The notes under the pieces were generated by a model. The model saw nothing but the letters and a program-made list of their open reading frames with translations, was not told where the DNA came from and ran no database searches. Shown here piece after piece: positions 56,642 through 64,000 of a stretch of 64,000 nucleotides of DNA (position 1 is its first letter; the number at the start of each line of letters is the position of its first letter). The DNA comes from Chrysemys picta bellii (taxonomy: Eukaryota). The stretch spans positions 9,672,001 to 9,736,000 of the forward strand of contig NC_088802.1 of assembly GCF_011386835.1 (NCBI RefSeq). Reading direction: 5' to 3'. The position numbers were made by a program, and so were the translations under genes.

Positions 56642-57507
56642 CACTGAATGTAGTATCAAGAACTAAGGCTGTGTCTGTTTTTGCCTTCCTATCCCCTTTA
56701 TAGGAACAGGCATAGCAAATTCTCCCTGACACAGATAGGAAGAAACTTCTGATAATACATTAGCCCTACTCTTCATTCTAGCTAGCTATTGTTAGCTACG
56801 GGGATTTCCTTTAAATTTTACCCACATTTGGTTTCCTTCATTGATCTATATGATCTTCATGATAGAAAACACTGCAAAGGGAGCACTGATTGCAGGTAAT
56901 GCATATTCCACCGGTTTACAATGCATATAATTCCATAGTGTGTGCATACAACAAAATAAGAATTTGTCTCAGTATGTGGCCAGCTAAGAAGTATACAGCT
57001 CCACTGGGTATCTATGTATATGGGATATGTTCATTTGCACATTTCTGAAAATTTGTTCCTTAAATGAGAAAAGTTCAGATACATAAACGGGAGATTTTCA
57101 TGGCCGTTAAACTCAGAGTTGGGAGTCTTCATTAGAATTAGGCTATTCCAGTTAGGCCTAATTGTTATTTGTGACTTTGAAGCTCTTTCTTTAAAAGTCT
57201 ACAAGGACAAAAGGATGCAGAGTTACAGGAGAATTAAGAGCACAGTCATGAAGGATCTCACTGCTGCAGGGCTTTGTGTAATTTTTTTGGCAGGTGAATG
57301 TATTGCTTAATGTTTGTAATCCTCAGCCAAACACATTTGTCATGTAGTTACATAGCCCAGTTTTGTGACCTATCCCAGACAGCAACTCATAAATATTTCG
57401 GACAACGCCAGCGGGGGAACTAGCTCAGTGCCCTGGAGCGGGGAGGGCGAAAGGATTGTGCAAATCGGGGCTGGTGCTTTTGGGGGGCAACATGAGTGGG
57501 ACGGAAG

Positions 57508-57590
57508 AAACACAGGCTGGGGGGAGGCGCAGGGGCAGGAGTAAAGCGGGGGATTGATTCGGTTGCGTCGGGCTCTGCTCTCTATCTGGC
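57508..57590 (+). promoter_or_regulatory. H1-type promoter of gene B
   Basis: AAACACA at 57508-57514, TTGATTCGGTTGCGTC at 57554-57569, and a degenerate TATA position as in gene A. Confidence 0.75.
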
Positions 57591-57678
57591 CTCGAGCGGC
57601 GGCCGCCGGGCTCAGTGTCAGGGCGGCGGCCCCACGTGCGGGTCTGGGTGGCAGCAGCTGGGATTGGGTCGCAGGGAC

Positions 57679-58215
57679 ATGCCCGGTTCGCTTCGTCTCC
57701 CCGCGGCTTTTGCGGCCTCCCGCGCGGCTCGGGAGAATCCCCGGCGCAAGAGAAGGAGGAAACCGACTCTCAGCCAGGTCATTCTCCGGGCTGCTGCTGT
57801 CCCCGCCGCCGGCAGAGGCGTCTCTCTTGCCGCCATCAAGAAGACGCTGGAGGGCGAGGGATACGACGTGCGGAAGAACAAGGGCCGCATCAAGGCTGTG
57901 CTCCGTTATCTCCTGAGCCAAGGGGCCCTGCGTCGGGTCAGCGGCAGCGGCGCCTCGGGCTCTTTCAGGCTCCAGCGGGGAGGCGGCGCCGCCAAAGCAG
58001 AAACGAGGGAAACAGCCGCGGCCAAGAGGCGCCAGAGCTCGGCGAAGACAGGAACAGCTGCCCCAGGGCCAAATGACCCCAGCGGGGAAATCAAACCGGC
58101 TGCTGCACGGCCCAAGAGGGTCAGCAGGAGCCCGGGCAAAATCAGGGGGACGGTGGCAACGCGCAGGAAGCAAATCTTAGAAGATATTATTAAGGGCACC
58201 TTCCTTCTGGAGTGA
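57679..58215 (+). CDS. Arginine-rich H1-like protein B (178 aa), near-identical inverted copy of gene A
   Basis: Differs from gene A at 4 residues (VS/LR near the start, K/E, G/R), or 7 nt differences in 537 by hand count. Stem-loop and HDE are present. Confidence 0.9.
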   Translation: MPGSLRLPAAFAASRAARENPRRKRRRKPTLSQVILRAAAVPAAGRGVSLAAIKKTLEGEGYDVRKNKGRIKAVLRYLLSQGALRRVSGSGASGSFRLQRGGGAAKAETRETAAAKRRQSSAKTGTAAPGPNDPSGEIKPAAARPKRVSRSPGKIRGTVATRRKQILEDIIKGTFLLE

Positions 58216-58250
58216 CGGCTCAGGCCAGGAGCGAAAAACAAAACCAAAAC

Positions 58251-58290
58251 GGTTCTTTTCAGAACCACCCCCAGCGTTCATCAAAAGAGC
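58251..58290 (+). terminator. Histone stem-loop plus HDE of gene B
   Basis: GGTTCTTTTCAGAACC-ACCCC at 58251-58266 and AAAAGAGC at 58283-58290. Confidence 0.9.
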
Positions 58291-58695
58291 GAATGTCTTT
58301 GCTCCTTGGTGCTATATTTTGTAACGCGGCTTTTTTTAGAGATTAGGGAGGGTTGTGTGTGTTGTATGTATTCCTAGAATAGAAAGCAAACGGCAGCACT
58401 ACCATTGATGAATGCATTTTATGATAGGCAGGTCAGGGAAAACCAACAACACCAGGACAAGGCAGGGAACCTTCAAGATTAGTTAGATCCTGCCATTGAA
58501 TTAACTGACTTAAAATAAAGGGGGGTTGACCTTATTTTGTTGTTTTTTTGATTTGGTAAAGAAGGCAACTGACCCACGTTTATATGGTTTTCACCTTCCC
58601 TAACGCCTAGGATCTGGTCCTAGACAAATACAGAAAAAATGTTTTTTTAAAGGTATATTTGTGCTAACGTTCTTTTAGGGAAAGTTTTTGGGGGT

Positions 58696-58711
58696 GGCTC
58701 TTAAAAGAGCC
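58696..58711 (-). terminator. Histone stem-loop of pseudo-H1 D
   Basis: Minus strand GGCTCTTTTAAGAGCC-ACCCC. Confidence 0.85.
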
Positions 58712-58762
58712 TTTGGATTGATTGATTTTTTTCGGTAGAATGAGTCAGTAGAATTATGCCTT

Positions 58763-59258
58763 TTAGGGCTTCCCCTCGAGAGATGTTTCCCACTGCATAA
58801 AGGATACAGAAGCGACAGTTTCTCCAGTTCCCTCTTCCTGATCCACAAGAGCCTCTGCTTTCTTCTTGGCTTTTTTCTTCGCTGCTTTTTTGTTCCTCTT
58901 GCCCCCTGCTTCTTTGGCGATTTGTCCTTCTTCACCAGCGGAGGGGTTAGCTTCGCTTCTGCGATGAGCTTGTAGGAGCCCGGGACCTTAAGCAAGACAT
59001 TCGTGGTGACCAGCTTCCCAAGCTCCGCTTTGATACGGGCTTTGTTCTTCTTAACATCGATCCCCGCCGCCGCCAGCTCTTTCCTGATGACGCCCAGGGA
59101 GACCTCCCCGGAGTGCTGGGAGAAATCCACGGTCTGGAGAATGAAATGGGCAAAACCTTCGCGGTCTTTTCGAGTTATCGGTACCGCCTTCCTCTTCTTC
59201 CGCTTCGTTCTCTTGCTGGCTGGCGCCTGGGAAGGGGCAGCGGCTGATCTGTGTTCAT
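58763..59258 (-). pseudogene. Frameshifted H1-like gene D (same subfamily as C)
   Basis: ATG AAC ACA (MNT, as in gene C) at 59258 is out of frame with the globular domain (VSLGVIRKELAAAGIDVKKNKARIK). A second shift near 58.9 kb is needed to reach KRNKKAAKKKAKKK...ASVSFMQWETSLEGKP*. There is no in-frame ATG before the upstream TAG at 59310. Confidence 0.8.
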
Positions 59259-59982
59259 CTGGGTAGATACAAGAGGCGCCGCGTTTTCTATTTTTGATAG
59301 TTGTTCTCTACTTGCTACGGCGCCGCCTGCACCTCACGCTGCAGCAGATTGAAAGCCGGGCACTGCTGCTGCAGCCCGAGGGGTAGTTATACCCCAGTGT
59401 CTGACGCAACCGAATCAACCTGGTTCTATCCCCGCCTCTCTCTGGTCCTCTAGCACTAATAACCCGTGTTATGTTCGCCTGGTGACGCTGTTTCGTTCAC
59501 TCAATCTCTGTCAGGGAAAATATACAAAAATCTCGAATCTGCTCCCCGGCTAAGGAAGCCAATAAACAAAAATCGTGATTTTTCTCCAAATTATTGTTAA
59601 AATTCCATCATTTTCTCAGGATAGTCTAGGAGAAGAGAAGGGTTTACACACTATGGCATTTTAAATCCATGACAGATACTTTGGAGGCGGGGAAACATTG
59701 GTTCTATTTTTGCTTGGTTTCCCGGATGAGCTAATGAAAAGGAGAAATGTTTGGATCCTTAATTACATATCAAGAAGGCGAGGCTGATGGGTAGATACAG
59801 AAGTGAAGGGTGAGACCTGTACTAGCGAAAGGTTAGGTGGTAGGCGGTCTCAGTGTCCCTTCAGGTCTGCCACTATTTAATACATGGGAACTCCGCGATC
59901 CTACGTTTCGTTTTTTTTTTTTTTTTTTTGGGGGGGGGTTGTTTGTTTGTTTGTTTTTGTAGGGAAAAGAATAGGGAGAAAG

Positions 59983-60272
59983 GTGTGTGTTTGTACGATG
60001 AAGAAATGTAGACAGATGCTGATTGGTGATGTCTCAAAGAAGGGTGCGGAAAAAGAGTAGGAAAGCGTTTTATTCCGCATACCTGTAAGAGATGCTGAAG
60101 TAGGTTCACATGGGCACTCGGGCATGTTTTCTAAGGTCCTGAGCATCTTGAATTCTGCCGCAAATTATCTGTCTGAGCGCATTGCCACAGAATTTATCGT
60201 GCCTGTCCGTATACAGCAAGCTCTGGGAAGTCAGCTACAGGAAAGTCGAGGCTGCTTGGATCTTGGTCTGAA
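59983..60272 (+). pseudogene. Histone H2B pseudogene of the same variant lineage
   Basis: KKCRQMLIGDVSKK (cf. [14 protein letters not shown]), KSRKAFYSAYL*EMLK*VH, SGMFSKVLSILNSAANYLSERIATE and SCLSVYSK...SYRKVEAA, with stops and frameshifts. The start appears as GTG. Promoter relics ccttaattacatatc and tcaggtc lie upstream. Confidence 0.8.
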
Positions 60273-60611
60273 GCGTGAGTGGGTTTGTCCTTTCTAGTCC
60301 CGTCCCCCCCGTCTCTTCCCTTTCCCTGTAATGCTAAGTGTCAATGATCTTGTTATTTATATAACTAGCCAATCCTAAAGTCTTTTCCTCAATAATTTTG
60401 AGTCCTGCTGGGTATTTATTCCGTTAAATCATTCTTGTCCGTTTTAAAGTTATTCCATTTCGATGATATGGTTATGTTGGATGACACCTTGGTCCTGTAA
60501 TGTGAGACAGCAAATGTAGCACCTGAATTATCAACTTCAATCAAACCATTACTTTCCACCCCAATAGGCGTGTGCTGGGAACTCGACATTTGAGGCACCC
60601 ATAGCCTCTAG

Positions 60612-60836
60612 GTTTCAGAGTAACAGCCGTGTTAGTCTGTATCCGCAAAAAGAAGAACAGGAGTACTTGTGGCACCTTAGAGACTAACACATTTATTAGA
60701 GCATAAGCTTTCGTGGACTACAGCCCACTGAAGAAGTGGGCTGTAGTCCCATCCGAAGAAGTGGGCTGTAGCCCACGAAAGCTTATGCTCTAATAAATGT
60801 GTTAGTCTCTAAGGTGCCACAAGTACTCCTGTTCTT
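60612..60836. mobile_element. Penelope-like terminal remnant forming a long hairpin
   Basis: 77-bp inverted arms at 60653-60729 and 60760-60836 with one mismatch. The sequence resembles the 3' end of the GIY-YIG element. Confidence 0.75.
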
Positions 60837-61653
60837 CCCATAGCCTCTAGACACTTTTGCAGATTATAGGCTAATACCTTTAAACCAGACGCATAAAACA
60901 ATCGGGATCTAAATACAACGAAATAAAATAAAATGCCTCTATTGTAAAACCCAAAGTATGATATCAAAATTAGCTTCCCCTTTTACTAAAAACCTAAACC
61001 TTAAAACAATATAATTATTTTCCAAACACATGAAAATAATTATTCTTCCTCCCTGTTACATTTTTTTCTGCATGTGTATCCTATAGTTTTCTGCAACTTT
61101 TGCTCTTTCTACTGAAGTTAATGGATGTTTTGACATTAATTTCAGCCAGGTGAATGAGAGTAGGATGCATCCCTATATAAATTAAAACAGCAGTACGTTT
61201 AAAGTACATTGTAATGTTTTACTATGACAGAAAACTAGAGATATTTATTTCCTTTTGAAATTAGACAAAGCCTCATAGGCGAGTATGGGGAAGCCTAGGT
61301 GTGTTTCTTGTTTGTCTTTGGAAGGGCACTGCACAAAAAAACAAAGAAAGAAATCATTTAATTTCTTTGTGTGGGATACCTCACTCCGCCTTAATACTGT
61401 TCCCTCGATATCTTGAGGGCAGGCACAGAATTGAAATTGTAATTTAAGATTAAACCCAAATTTTGTTTACTTTTGGAGGACAGGCAGGTGGATAAATCGA
61501 GGGTTTTGTCGATTTCTGGCGCGGGGAGCTTATTCAGTGGATCAAAAAAATGCAGCGAATAAAACCACCTAACAGTCCTAGCCTGGGGACGTCTACGTTA
61601 ATTGATCAAAAAGCCAGTGGGGCTTTTAAAATTAGAGATCAGTGGAGTTTCAG

Positions 61654-61781
61654 AAACACAGATTTCTGAGACGCTAGGAGGCAAGGAGAGGCTGATTGAT
61701 TCTGTTGCGTCCGCCGTCGGGGGAGGCGGTGCGCGCGGCGACCTGGTTGAGTCGGTTGCGTCGGGTTCTGCTCTATATAAA
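61654..61781 (+). promoter_or_regulatory. H1-type promoter of gene E
   Basis: AAACACA at 61654-61660, two one-mismatch copies of the 16-mer (61696-61711 and 61747-61762), TATATAAA at 61774-61781, and a TG-box-like TGTGTTT at 61300. Confidence 0.8.
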
Positions 61782-61860
61782 GCCCGTTAGGCGACCTGCG
61801 CGATCAGTTTGGAGCGGAGAGTCGTGGAAGCTTCGTGGGAGCTTGTCGCTTTGCAGCTCA

Positions 61861-61938
61861 GAGGCGGCGGCGGCGGCGGGAGCAGCAGCAGCAGCAGCGG
61901 TTGCAGCGAGGCGGCGGCGGTTGCGGCGGCGGTGGCGG
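61861..61938 (+). repeat. GGC/GCA trinucleotide repeat tract in the presumed 5' UTR of gene E
   Basis: gaggcggcggcggcggcgggagcagcagcagcagcagcggttgcagcgaggcggcggcggttgcggcggcggtggcgg lies between the TATA box and the ATG. Confidence 0.8.
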
Positions 61939-61968
61939 TTCTTGTGGCTGTGAATACAGTGGGGAGAA

Positions 61969-62505
61969 ATGCGAAATTTAAGCTCCGCCTCCCAGGCTTC
62001 TCTCTCAGAAGGGGCTCTAGCTACTTTTCTACCTAAGAAGAAAGGGAGGCCGTCTCTTCCCGACCTCATTCTGCGGGCTGTTTGCGTCTCTACAGCCCGC
62101 AAGGGCGCCTCTCTGGCTGCCATCAAGAAGGCGCTCTTGGCCGAGGGGTACGACGTGCAGAAGAACAACGGTCGCCTGAAGGCGACGCTCAGCTCTCTCG
62201 TTAGCAAAGGGCTGCTGCAGCGGGTGACGGGCAGCGGCGTCTCGGGATCCTTCAGGGTCAACAAGCGCCAGAAGAAGGGGGGCGCCTTGAAAGCAACGAA
62301 GAAAAAAACCGCCGTCAAGAGACCCAAAACCCAGATAGCGGCCCGGAGGTCTCCGAAAAAAATTAACCTCACAGCAGCTAGGAAGGCAAAGGGGCCCGGC
62401 AGGGAAACCAAGTCAGCTGTTAAAAAACCCAAGGCCCACAAAAACCCGGCCAGACCCAAGGGGAGGGCTGCCCCCCGCGGCAAAGCTGGAGGCAAGAGGC
62501 ATTAA
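61969..62505 (+). CDS. Divergent H1-like protein E (178 aa)
   Basis: Globular domain GASLAAIKKALLAEGYDVQKNNGRLKATLSSLVSKGLLQRVTGSGVSGSFRV with a basic tail, full promoter and stem-loop/HDE. Confidence 0.92.
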   Translation: MRNLSSASQASLSEGALATFLPKKKGRPSLPDLILRAVCVSTARKGASLAAIKKALLAEGYDVQKNNGRLKATLSSLVSKGLLQRVTGSGVSGSFRVNKRQKKGGALKATKKKTAVKRPKTQIAARRSPKKINLTAARKAKGPGRETKSAVKKPKAHKNPARPKGRAAPRGKAGGKRH

Positions 62506-62543
62506 AAACACATTCCTCGTCAACTAATAAATATAAACTCAAA

Positions 62544-62585
62544 GGCTCTTTTAAGAGCCACCCTCAATATTCACTAAGTGAGCTG
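62544..62585 (+). terminator. Histone stem-loop plus HDE of gene E
   Basis: GGCTCTTTTAAGAGCC-ACCC at 62544-62559 and AAGTGAGCTG downstream. Confidence 0.9.
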
Positions 62586-63194
62586 TTGGTTCGCCGGGAG
62601 AGCATAGGCGGTGCGGCGTGAGCTTTTACCGACAAAGAGGCTTCTTGGAGGGAAATCTTTGATTTGGCATTTTATTCTGTATTTTACTAACAAGATTGCC
62701 TAGGACAATGTAAAAAACTCGAAAATTTCCTATTGAAAAATATTCCAAGTTGATTTTTAAAGTAATCAATAAAATTGTCCTCCCTAGAAAAAAAGTTACG
62801 TGAAAAAAATCTTCACGTAAACAAATACTTGAAAATGATCGTTTTACTCCGCAGTAATGATCAAAATTGTAACCTCAATCCACTTATTACGGATTTTATA
62901 TCCACATTTGTCGTTTAACGATTCTAGCAGCGAACTAGAGCCCGGACTTTCGCTGGTGCCTGTTTCCTATCAGGTCCGGCGGTAACTTACTGCCCAATGA
63001 AAGTGCAGGCCTCCTTCCCCTGACCAGCCCCTGTCCTCCCCCCACAAACGCTCTACCAGTTATTTCATCCAATTAGCACCCGCCCTTGCCGCTATACATG
63101 AGGTCAAAGTTGTACCGTATTTCCCGTTGTGGTTATTTGATTGCGGTTTTCTGTTTTTGTGGTGTAGCGATGGTGAGACATTCACTGTCTGGTT

Positions 63195-63361
63195 GTGGTG
63201 AGAACACGGCAGAGTGCTCGGAAATCTGCTTGGGGGAGATGCCACAGAATCAGCAGGCACCTAACACTGTTCGGAAGAGTGATCTTGCTGCAAATGGGAT
63301 GAAGAAGATTAATCCGTATCGATTTAGCACTTGTGGCGCTGCAGGAGGTTTGCTAATACGG
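63195..63361 (+). pseudogene. Histone H3 pseudogene, 5' part, interrupted by a MITE
   Basis: VVRTRQSARKSAWG / PQNQQAPNTVRKSDLAANGMKKINPYRFST / VALQEVC*Y aligns to H3 residues 1-54 with two frameshifts. CCAAT boxes lie near 62994 and 63069, with a TATA relic near 63093. Confidence 0.75.
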
Positions 63362-64000
63362 TAGGGTTACCATATTTCCACAAACAAAAAAGAGGACAGG
63401 GGGGGGGGGAAGCCCCGCCCTAGCCACTCCCTCCCACTTCCCACCCCCTGACTGCTCCCCTCAGAACCCCAACCCCCCCTGCTTCTTGTCCCCTGACTGT
63501 CCCCTGCTGAGAACCCCCTACCCTAACTGCCCCCCCCCAGGACCCTACCTGTTCCCTGACTGCCCTGACCCTTATCCACTCGCATGGGTGGCAGGGTTGT
63601 AGAAATTTTGGTGGTGCCCAGAACCCCCCACCCCACCTGCCTAAGGCTCTGGGAGGGGGTTTGGGTGGGGGGAGGAGGTCTGGGGTGCAGGTCCTGGGCT
63701 GGGGATTAGGGTGCAGGAGGGGTGCAGGTTCTGGGATAGAGTTTGGGTGCTGGGTGCAGGCTCCGGGCTGGGGCAGGGGGTGGGTGTGCAGGAGGGGGTG
63801 AGGGGTGCAGGCTCTGGAATGGAGTTTGGGGGTGAGAGGCGGTGCAAAGGGAGGGGGTGCAGGCTTTAGGAGGAAGTTTGAGGGCAGGAGGGGGTGTGTG
63901 GGAAGAGGGAGGGGGATTGGGAGGGAGTTTGGGGATAGGAGGGGATGCAGGGGTGAGGGCTGTGGGTCTGGGGATGAGGGGTTCATGATGCAGGAGGGGG
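63362..64000. mobile_element. MITE(s) with C-rich and G-rich low-complexity interiors, running off the window
   Basis: Begins TAGGGTTACCATATT. Interiors resemble the elements at about 31450-31850 and 43000-43500. Confidence 0.5.

Overview
Vertebrate genomic DNA, probably a turtle, inferred from a tRNA-head/CR1-tail SINE, abundant CR1 3' ends, Penelope-derived hairpins and hAT MITEs. The window holds three TRIM/B30.2 (PRY-SPRY) immune-type loci: the 3' four exons of one gene (+, 268-3702), one complete 7-exon RING-Bbox-CC-B30.2 gene (-, 18943-36563, 484 aa) and one copy with a dead RING exon but an intact B30.2 exon (-, 40823-46240). They are interleaved with two mini-clusters of intronless histone genes (7.5-12 kb and 52.5-63.4 kb), none of them canonical. 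Intact ORFs are four divergent H1-like genes, one very divergent H3-like gene and one variant H2B. Relics missing from the ORF track are two pseudo-H1, two pseudo-H2B, one pseudo-H2A and one pseudo-H3. No H4 was found. The H1-like genes share a 16-bp promoter motif where a CCAAT box is expected. The two mini-clusters are related by an old inverted duplication, inside which one H1 transcription unit is about 98% identical between copies, which suggests recent gene conversion. All alignments and counts were done by hand and no database search was run.
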